Positions 53,945 through 64,000 of a stretch of 64,000 nucleotides of DNA are shown in pieces; the first letter of the stretch is position 1, and each line of letters starts with the position of its first letter. The translations under genes were made by a program, and so were the position numbers. This DNA is from Lytechinus pictus. Lineage: Eukaryota. The notes under the pieces are model-generated. The model searched no databases and was not told where the DNA came from. It saw only the letters and a list, made by a program, of their open reading frames with translations. The stretch covers positions 6,140,001-6,204,000 of the forward strand of contig NC_087245.1 of NCBI RefSeq assembly GCF_037042905.1, given 5' to 3'.

Positions 53945-56815
53945 AATGACTGGATTAAATGTTTTTAGTAGAGCATGATTATGGCTGACCTACTCTTCTC
54001 CCCCTCTGAATTACTTTTAGACTTCGAAGTTATATTGTCAGGACAATAGCATTGACGTAGTGACTGGATCAAATGTTCTCAATAGAGCATACAGATAACC
54101 GACCTAGTCTTCTTCTCTTCCGAGTAACTGCTAAACTTTGCTTAACCCTAATTCTCCGGGGGGGGGGGGGGCCATTATGGCCCCCCCTCTACAATTTTTG
54201 TGATATATCTGCTGCGCAAAATTTTTTGACCTCGCCGCTCACTGACTTTTTACTTTCAAGTCTTGCGCAAATTTTGAGACCAAATTTGTGACGCCCGGGT
54301 ACGCGGTTACGACATTACGCAACATTATGTAAGTGCATGTCAGACCCAAAATTGCTCATAAATGTGATTTCATGTACAAATCCAATGCAAATTGTGTATT
54401 TGGCCAAAACTCATAAATGTATCATTATTTCTACTTTTAATGATCAAACTTAATTAATTTTGCCTAGTTTATGATTAGAATTAAGTCTGGAACGATTTCC
54501 ATTGAAAAAACAATAAAAAACAAAAATTTAAAAAACAAAGAAATACATAAGAAATTTAAAAAACAATAAAATACATAAGAAATCGGTCTTGGTACCAGAA
54601 TTTTTTTCATTCACAATTGTTAGGAATGCTATAAAGAATATTTTCACAAAAAAATAGCATTCTAGGAGCTTTATTTAGTGAATCAGAGCAAAAAGTATGA
54701 TTTCATGAATAAATTAGCATAATTAATTCATATAAAATAAAAATATATGAATTCAGTGAAATTTACCAATGCAACTGCGTAGATTACGTCATTCTCTACC
54801 ATCATGCAAATTTTCGTTGTGATCGCGCTATCCACGGCTGAGATCTTAAGGGGGGGCCATAATGGCCCCCCCCCCCCCCCCCCCGGGAATGACAAGAATC
54901 AGAATACCCCAGGAGATTGAGGGTTAAGCTGTACTGTCAGACTCAGAGCACTGATGTAATAACTGGATCAAATGTTCTCAATAGAGCATACAGATAGCCA
55001 ACCTAGTCTTCTTCTCTTCCGAGTAACTGCTAGACTATGCTTAAGCTGTACTTTTAGACTCAGAGCACTGATGTAATAACTGGATCAAATGTTCTCAATA
55101 GAGCATTCAGATAGCTGATCTAGTCTTCTTCTCTTCCAAGTAACTGCTAAACTTTGCTTAAGCTGTACTGTCAGACTCAGAGCATTGATGTAATAACTGG
55201 ATCAAATGTTCTCAGTAGAGCATACAGATAGCCGATCTAGTCTTCTTCTCTTCCGAGTAACTGCTAAACTTCGCTTAAGCTGTACTGTCAAGACTCAGAG
55301 CACTGATTTAATAATTCGATCAAATGTTCTCAGTAGAGCATACAGATAGCTGATCTAGTCTTCTTCTCTTCCAAGTAACTGCTAAACTTTGCTTAAGCTG
55401 TACTGTCAGACTCAGAGCACTGATGTAATAACTGGATCAAATGTTCTCAGTAGAGCATACAGATAGCCGATCTAGTCTTCTTCTCTTCTGAGTAACTGCT
55501 AAACTTCGCTTAAGCTGTACTGTCAAGACTCAGAGCACTGATTTAATAATTCGATCAAATGTTCTCAGTAGAGCATACAGATAGCTGATCTAGTCTTCTT
55601 CTCTTCCAAGTAACTGCTAAACTTTGCTTAAGCTGTACTGTCAGACTCAGAGCACTGATGTAATAACTGGATCAAATGTTCTCAGTAGAGCATACAGATA
55701 GCCGATCTAGTCTTCTTCTCTTCTGAGTAACTGCTAAACTTCGCTTAAGCTGTACTGTCAAGACTCAGAGCACTGATTTAATAATTCGATCAAATGTTCT
55801 CAGTAGAGCATACAGATAGCCGATCTAGTCTTCTTCTCTTTCGAGTAACTGCTAGAATTCGCTCAAGCTGTACTTTTAGACTCACAGCATTGATATAATA
55901 ACTGGATCAAATGTTCTCAGTAGAGCATACAGATAGCCGATCTAGTCTTCTTCTCTTCCAAGTAACTGCTAAACTTTGCTTAAGCTGTACTGTCAGACTC
56001 AGAGCATTGATGTAATAACTGGATCAAATGTTCTCAGTAGAGCATACAGATAGCCGATCTAGTCTTCTTCTCTTCCGAGTAACTGCTAAACTTCGCTTAA
56101 GCTGTACTGTCAAGACTCAGAGCACTGATTTAATAATTCGATCAAATGTTCTCAGTAGAGCATACAGATAGCCGATCTAGTCTTCTTCTCTTTCGAGTAA
56201 CTGCTAGAATTCGCTCAAGCTGTACTTTTAGACTCACAGCATTGATATAATAACTGGATCAAATGTTCTCAGTAGAGCATACAGATAGCCGATCTAGTCT
56301 TCTTCTCTTCCAAGTAACTGCTAAACTTTGCTTAAGCTGTACTGTCAGACTCAGAGCATTGATGTAATAACTGGATCAAATGTTCTCAGTAGAGCATACA
56401 GATAGCCGATCTAGTCTTCTTCTCTTCCGAGTAACTGCTAAACTTCGCTTAAGCTGTACTGTCAAGACTCAGAGCACTGATTTAATAATTCGATCAAATG
56501 TTCTCAGTAGAGCATACAGATAGCCGATCTAGTCTTCTTCTCTTTCGAGTAACTGCTAGAATTCGCTCAAGCTGTACTTTTAGACTCACAGCATTGATAT
56601 AATAACTGGATCAAATGTTCTCAGTAGAGCATACAGATAGCCGATCTAGTCTTCTTCTCTTCCAAGTAACTGCTAAACTTTGCTTAAGCTGTACTGTCAG
56701 ACTCAGAGCATTGATGTAATAACTGGATCAAATGTTTTCAGTAGAGCATACAAATGGCTGATCTACTCTTCTTCCCTCCTGAGTTACTGCTGGACTTCTT
56801 AGAAGATGCACTATC
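53945..56815 (-). repeat. Tandem array of 117/118-bp units derived from the stop-codon region of the minus-strand NWD gene
   Basis: The T(G/C)GATCAAATG landmark occurs at 54964, 55081, 55198, 55316, 55433, 55551, 55668, 55786, 55903, 56020, 56138, 56255, 56372, 56490, 56607 and 56724, with further copies at 54065 and 53951 (the latter more diverged). Confidence 0.95.
54146..54923. mobile_element. piggyBac-like MITE with TTAA TSD, inserted into one array unit
   Basis: TTAA|CCCTAATTCTCCGGGG ... CCCCAGGAGATTGAGGG|TTAA. The repeat unit continues seamlessly on both sides. Confidence 0.85.
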
Positions 56816-59800
56816 TGATCCACTGTCTTGCTGGTTTGTATGTGATGACTGGTGCTTTCCATTGTTCTGGTCACTTGAGGTTAGTATGTGGTGTGTCTCA
56901 TTGAGCTGGGTATGGTGATCAAAGCTATTAAAAGAGAGAGGGAGTCAAAAAATTATTTTTATAAGAGTAAAAAAGAAAAATATTCAAGATGCTAAGATGA
57001 GTTTAATGAATGAACAAGAACATCATGTTTGATGCTTGAATTTTTAGAGATGAATCAAATCTATGTACCCTCCTGCCATAAAATAGGGTGGTATTTTTTA
57101 TACACCAATGATTACTCAAGATCACGTAAAAATAATTCCTTGACAGTCTTGAAGATTTATTTATCACTTAATATTCACCTACATTTAGTGAGAGTGGACT
57201 TTATTTCCGAAGAATCAAGGTTGGTGCAGGATTTGTGTTTTAAGGGCATGAAGATGGCTTAGATAAATGAGAGGAATTTTCAAGGCAAAATAACTTTCAA
57301 TGGATAAATCAATAGAGATAAATGAAACAAGCATATTGTTGAAAACTTCATCAAATTGTAAATAAGAAAGTTATGACATTTTAAAGTTTTGCTTATTTTT
57401 CACAAAACCGTTATATGCACAATACATTGACATGCAAATGAGAGGGTCGATGATATTTCAATTTTTACAGATTTGACAATAAGGACCAACTTGACTGAAC
57501 CATAAATTGTCTAAACAATGGCAAATCCACATGTGGGGGGGACTTTGTTTCACAGGACAATAAGGAGAAAATTACAAATTTCATATTTCAGATACCTGTA
57601 ATAAAATCCAAAAGAAATAGTGAGTGAATGATTTCATCGGTCCCCTAATTTGCATACAGACCAGGATGTGTATATAACTAGTCTGTGAAATTAAGTGAAA
57701 CTTCAAAATGTCATAACTTTCTTATTTTACATCTGATTTTGATGTTTGATGAAATCAAAGTGTTATGCTTGTTGGATTTTTCTCGTTATTCAAATCAACT
57801 TTTTCTTGGGGTTGTATTGTCTGTCAACTAATGAATAAAACAAACAAACCTGATGTCAGATCTATCTGCTTTCTCTAGTAGCATATCAAGAATGAGAACC
57901 GTTCCAGATTTATTCTCTGCTGCCAATCGATAACGGTCCTCACTGCCATAGACAAGGTCTATATTCTTGATCTGAGATTTGCAATCAAACGATGCCAACA
58001 TCTCCATGGTAGGAAGATGCCAAGCTTTCAAGGTACAATCACGGGATGCAGTCACCAAATACTGGTCATCTGATGATATACACATATCCATGATGGCATG
58101 GTTGTGACCAACCAGCAGTCTAAAAGTGCACAAATCATAAAGAATATTGACTTTCATACAAAATTTCAAACATCAACAATGCTCGTTATTGATTTTTGCA
58201 GATCACTAGATCCATGATGTATTCATATTCTCTACTCTAACAAATGTTTCCTCACAGGAACTGTGCACGGCCGTTACCCTGGTGGGCAAGCTACATTGAC
58301 TTTTACAAACATTTTTACCCTGCACTATGCAAACTCCTTAATGTGCATTAAACATCCAATCATGTCTCTTTCGTATTGTCATGGAAGGCCACCAAAGCAA
58401 TCACTAGATTTTCAATACCACTCTTCTAAGATAAGTAATCAACTGAATTCTAATCAAATTCACTAAGAGAACTTCATCTCCTGTAATAATCTCCATAGCG
58501 CTTTGCAGTCAATCTCAAGGATAAACTTAACCATCTTTGTCTCATACAAATACTATATTCAAATCAAATAAATAAGAGCTCCACTGTCAGGCAATCAACG
58601 CCAATAAATGATTTGAATTAAAGCAATAATTTAAAGGAGGCAGCTTATGCTGTGAATGATAATATCAAATTTATGTTTACTTATCTGGGGGCCATTTCAT
58701 AAAGCTGTTCGTAAGTTAAGAGTGACTTTAAGAACAACTGGTGATCCTTTCTTGAGGTAAATAATGTTTATTGGTGATTATCTAGCATGTAAGAAAGGTT
58801 CATCAGTCATTCTTAAATTCGCTTTTAAAGGGATGGTCTGGGCTGAAAGTATTTATAGCTTAATAAATAGAGTAGAATCCACTGAGCAAAATGGCAAAAA
58901 TTTCATTAAAATCGGATAACAAATAACAAAGTTATTGAATCTTAGAATTTAGCAATATTTTGTAAAAACAGTCGTCATGAATATTCATTAGGTGGACTGA
59001 TGATGTCACATCCCCACTTGTTCTTTTGTATTTTATTATATGAAATTAGGTTTATTCAATTTTTTTCCTCCAAGAACTAGAAAAATTGGATTGACAACTG
59101 ATTTAGTGCATTACATATTTATTGCTGCAACTTATTTCATTATAAGGGAGACATATTATTCACACACGTATGAAATAATGAAAAAAAAAAAATTTATGTA
59201 ATAACATAAGAAAACGGAAAGTGGAGAAGTGACATCATCAGCCCGCCTAATGAATATTCATGATGACTGTTTTCACAAAATATTGCTTAACTTTAAACTT
59301 CAATAACTTTATTATTTGTTATCTGATTTTGATGAAATTTTCGGCATTTTGCTCAGTGAATTCTACTCTATGTATTAAGATACAAATATTTTCAGCCCGG
59401 ACCATCCCTTTAACTAACGAACAGCTTTATCAAACACTCAACTGGATTGAAACATCAATCATATATTTATAACCTGTTATTATTGCTATCCCTTTCTAAA
59501 GAACAGAAGCACTCAATATTATTTATCACAGATATGATGCTTTTGGAGTAGACAACTTTTGGAAGGAATACAAAATAGAGCTTAATTTGAATAAATAACA
59601 GTTGTTTACTTACTGGTCATCATCAGCCAAAAAATCCCAGACATGAAGCTGCTCCACACCAGCATGGGTTCCCCAGACAATCTTAGAACTGTCGTGAGTA
59701 AATGCACAACAGATCACCTCTGACACATGAACTGCCATACGCTTGACCACTTGACCAAAGGAGTTTGGAGACAATGACCAAAGGATCATCTGCTTGTCAT

Positions 59801-62800
59801 TGGCACCCGTCACTGCATACCGACCTACAGCAGCCAAGAAAGAAAACAAAGACAAGTTTTCAACAGGAGGTAAAGAGGTAGAATGCTCTTATTCATATTT
59901 TCAGGGATTCATGAATTAAGAAAGACCTGGTCCTGACCCGCCCCTCTCCCTCAAAAAAAAATGTATCAAGAATGAAACAATTTTGAAAATTGAACTATGA
60001 ACAAATGAATGAACATGACAAAGCATACAGTAGAATACAATAAAGAAGAACACCAAATGCCCAATATAACAACTTAATCATTAGAAATCAGGGGCCCATA
60101 ACACAAAGGTTAGCGATGATCGTAGAACATTTTTTATGATTGATTGCATTGACTACAATGTACAATCAATCGTGAAAATCAAGTGTACAATTAATTGTTA
60201 ACCTTTGTGTTACGGGACCCTGGACTTCCTAAATTCTATTTTTAAGAAACTCAGAACAATGTAACAATATCATCAATGAAAGAGGAAAACAAATTGGTAC
60301 TGCTGTTGAGATCACATAGAAAAGAAGTGTTTATATAACACGTAAGCATACCATCACTAGAGACAGCAAGACATCGTATAGATGCATTGTGCTCTTTGGC
60401 AGATAGAAGACATTCTCCTGTGTCATATTTCCAGAACTTGAGGACTCCTTTGGCATCTGTTGATATTATGAAACTATCTTTCTCTCGTGTCACTGTCTTT
60501 ACATGTCCTACTGGAGCTTCATGTTCTGTGCACACACATCAAAATATAAATGAATACAAAATTGATATGAGTCAACCCAAGCATTTGTTACACAATAATT
60601 ATGATGTTCATGACAACATTGGTCATCAGGAGTTGAATCTCAAAATGAGACAAATATGAACATAAAACAAGTGGAGCACCTCTGGCAGTCTCGCCTGCAT
60701 TATGCGATTCGATATAGCAGCAGTACTGACTTTGAGAACAGCTATTGAATAATTATTCACACAAGAAAACATTCATATGATAATAAAATATGTCCATTGA
60801 CCCAAAATGACCTTCGACCATGATCATGTGACCTAAGACGTGTGCAAAACAATCATTCTGACTTAATTACTCTTATGTCTATGTTACATGAACTAGATCC
60901 ATAAACTTTATAAATTATGATGCCAATTCAGCAAATACCCCCTACACGGCCAGAGTTCATTGACCTTAAATGACCTTTGATCTTGGTCATGTCCCTGAAA
61001 TGTGCACAGGATATTCAGGGATACATGGTTGCTCTTGTGTTCAAGTTTCATGAACTAGATCCATAAACTTTTAAAGTTACGATGACAATTCCACAAATAC
61101 CCCCAACATAGCCAAAGTTTGTTGACCCCAAGTGACCTTTGACCTTGGTCATCATGTGACCTGAAACTCAGGCAGAATCTTCAGTGATATACCATTACCT
61201 TTATGTCTAGGTTTTATGAACTAGGTCCATATACTTTCTAAGTTATGACAACATTTCAAAAACTTGACCTTGGTTAAGATTTTGATATTGATTTCCCAAA
61301 CATGGTCTAAGTTCATTGACCCTAAATGACCTTTGACCTTGGCCATGTGACCTGAAACTCAGGCAGGATATTCAGTAATACTTGATTACCATTATGTCCA
61401 AGTTTCATGAACTAGGTCCATATACTTTCTTCTAAGTTATGATGACATTTCAAAATCGTAACTTTGGTTAAGATTTCAATGTTGACGACGACGACGTTGA
61501 AAAAGCGGCGCCTATAGTCTCGCTCTGCTATGCAGGCGAGACAAAAATGGCAGACAAAAGTGGTTCAAAGATAAAAAAAATATAAATATTTTCTACCCAA
61601 ATTCAAATTTCCAGTAACACTTTGGGTGGAACCCATCAGTGAATACAACTATTGTAAGAGTCAACTTTGCCAATAATTTTAATCAGATTGTTGAGGCTAA
61701 GGATAGTACTATTTGACATTTGAAGAAAGTCAGTATTGCCTATTTAAACCACTGGAGGATTAGAGGAACCTAAATGATGACATCTGTAATAGTCATAGCT
61801 GCTGGTCTTTAAATCTAAAGTGTCTTTACTCTTTATTATAGGTCTCAATGATTAATAAAGTGGCTTACATGCAGGGTGATTAATAGCAGATAACATTTAT
61901 AACAAAATCATTCAACCAAAGGTCGTACCTTTCAAAGTAAGTCTGCATGACTTGGTATCCAAATCCCAGACCTTTATCATCTTATCCTGCGATGCAGAGA
62001 CAACCTCATTATCTTGTCCAACTGCCAACCATAGGATGCCTTTCTCATGACCTTCAAGATCAAACACATCTCCACCTTCCTCTGTTGATTGGTCTAATTT
62101 CCAAACACGAAGCCTGCCCTCCTCTTTAAATCCACCAATCAAATTCTTGCCGTCTCTGCTGAAGATCAGCTTGGAGGTAAATCCTGCTTCACGACGGGTC
62201 ACATGGCAGTCATAGAAACTAGAGAACTTAACGGATCCCTCTTGTCCACTGGTTATAACTGTGGAGTCATCCGGAGTAAACTTGACAACAACTGCATGTC
62301 CACTGTGTCTCTCCCTCTTAATCATCTGCAAGAAGGTAGACAATGAATTACGAGATGATCAAACTTTTGAAAAATTTCCGAAACTAAAGACTGGAAAAAA
62401 TGTGTTCTGAAAAGTTTAACAAACTATTTAATCAATCTATCAATCAATCAACCAACTGTGATTGCAGCTTTTCAATATATATCTACAAGAAGATTTTGAC
62501 ACAATCTCTATTATTACTGGCCTGATGCATAAACTGGACTGTTAACCATCAGTGAAAGGTGAGCTTATATGACACCTAGATAGATCCTTGGCATTTGATT
62601 GGTTGTTTGATATCGATCATTCGGACCATTTTACAATGACGTCATCGGCCGTGCAATTTAGGATCCATTCATCATGCAATTTTGGATCCATATGATTTTG
62701 TCCATTGCACACGCAACAATCAACAGACCAAGCTCGCAATGCATGATCACATTTTGCATCGAAACTAATAAATTTCCTATGAAAAATAATCTAGTTTTAA

Positions 62801-64000
62801 GTGTCATATAAACCAAAAAAATGTTCCTTCATTCGTGCAATGGACAGAATACTTCATTCGGAGAAAGATGAAATGAAATGATCCATTCAACTCAGCTACG
62901 CCTTGTTGAATGAATCATTTCATCTTTTACCTAATGAAGGATTCTGTCCATTGCACTCATAAACATTCATTATTTGTATATTAATTGCCCATGATGGATT
63001 TAAACAATATGTGTAATTGGATTACATTCCTAGTCTGCATGCACTTTTTTTCCAAACAACAAACCAAAGGGCTAAAAAATGGAACAAAATTAATTTTATT
63101 TTCTATGTAAATTTGGGACATATCTTCTTTTTGATCAGCTAACTTTATATGTTGCACATCATTGCAGAAGCTCTTCACTTCATCTATTTTCAGTTTCTGT
63201 ACTTTGTTCATTGAAGTTCATTAAGACTATTACCGTTTCCTTGGTATAGACCCACATCTTAGCGCTTTTATCATTCGATGCAGAGTAAAGCACTCTCATC
63301 TTTGTTCCAGTAACATCTGAGATCCATGAAGAATGTCCTTCCAGTGTAGTGATGAGAGGACACTTATCATCCTTTGGCGCCAGGTCCCAAACCTTCAGAA
63401 AGTCATCTTTAGAACATGATACTAAGATAGACTTGGACCCTGTTTCCTTGGGGTCTGCTGGCCAGTGCCAAAGGCAAGTAACCATACCATCATGACCTGT
63501 AAACATACAAAATGATTCACACAAGATCAAAATCAAATGCCAAACAGAATTGTTTTGTTGAAGACAGAACATACATGTGTAAATACGAACGGTTCATATA
63601 AGTGTGCATTGTTCATACAACTTTGGTGTATAATTTATTCCCATTCCATTTTCTACACATTTATGCATTTGTTGGTTAAAATTTAGTTCTGTCATGTCAT
63701 AATGAATGTGTTTGAGTTTTGATAGCAAGTGTCCCATAAGATTTAATTTTACTCTGAGAAATCTACAATGAAGTAAATGTAGCTAAAATATTATTAACAT
63801 ACCAAATAATAATCTGAATATTAAACCCCTACCTTGACATTTCAACAAAGCTGAGCCCTCAGTCATATTCCAGACACGAACAGTAAAATCAGCTGACCCA
63901 GAAGCAAGTAAATCATCTGATAACACTAAGAGACAAGTAACAGCTTTCCTGTGACCTTCCAGGACCATATCAGGGCCACTTGGTTTGCATGCATATCTAG
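56738..64000 (-). CDS. Second NWD1/NWD2-like paralogue, 3' WD40 portion (5' part outside the window), ending in a CaaX-like motif
   Basis: Exons >64000-63833, 63496-63234, 62325-61929, 60525-60352, 59824-59614, 58119-57850 and 56924-56738. Intron positions and phases equal those of the + strand gene (263- and 174-nt exons identical in length). The last exon encodes ...SGGKKSRSAICMLY*. Confidence 0.9.
58685..59440. mobile_element. MITE (GGGGCCATTTCATAAAGCTG ends) interrupted by a second copy of the Kolobok-like MITE at 58829-59409
   Basis: Outer ends ATAAAGCTGTTCGTAAGTTAA ... TTAACTAACGAACAGCTTTAT. Inner element TTAA|AGGGATGGTCTGGGCTGAAA ... CAGCCCGGACCATCCCT|TTAA. Confidence 0.8.
60089..60222. 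mobile_element. Short MITE
   Basis: CAGGGGCCCATAACACAAAGGTTA ... TAACCTTTGTGTTACGGGACCCTG. Confidence 0.75.
60665..61547. mobile_element. Helentron/HINE-like non-autonomous element with internal tandem TGACCT-rich repeats
   Basis: Subterminal inverted repeat GTCTCGCCTGCAT (60688-60700) / ATGCAGGCGAGAC (61530-61542), terminal hairpin at 61517-61542, A-run flanks and about 160-190-bp internal repeats. Confidence 0.6.

Noticed and set aside
54928..56740. CRISPR-like array
   Set aside because: Whole units are repeated with no unique spacers, there are no cas genes, and the context is eukaryotic. The unit derives from the adjacent gene end.
54928..56740. Long readthrough polyprotein through the array, helped by the nearby UCA tRNA-like gene
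   Set aside because: Each unit has a second in-frame stop (mostly TAA) 18 codons after the TGA, and the 118-bp units shift frame. Readthrough would add only about 18 residues. tRNAs act in trans, so proximity is not evidence.

Overview
AT-rich, intron-containing animal DNA. The repeat families and gene content suggest a marine invertebrate deuterostome, probably a sea urchin (inference). I reconstructed four genes by hand from splice sites and intron phases. (1) A minus-strand 8-exon type I receptor with signal peptide-CUB-SRCR-WSC-Sushi-TM and a Tyr/Pro-motif-rich tail (15830-23365, 825 aa). (2) An intronless histamine H3/H4-like GPCR (27189-28397). (3) A complete 12-exon NWD1/NWD2-type NACHT-WD40 gene on + (36764-48836, 1644 aa). 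(4) The 3' part of a convergent paralogue on - (56738 to beyond 64000), with an extra terminal exon ending in a CaaX-like KKSRSAICMLY*. Repeats include a decayed CR1-group LINE, a Harbinger relic, many MITEs, tRNA-derived SINEs and a near-identical duplication with a 1831-bp offset. Two signals stand out. A 412-bp unit repeated about 2.2 times inside a (TA)n tract carries a fully paired 72-nt tRNA cloverleaf with a UCA (UGA-reading) anticodon. An array of 117/118-bp units copies the CaaX-plus-stop end of the second NWD gene about 17 extra times. All coordinates were read by eye and no searches were run.
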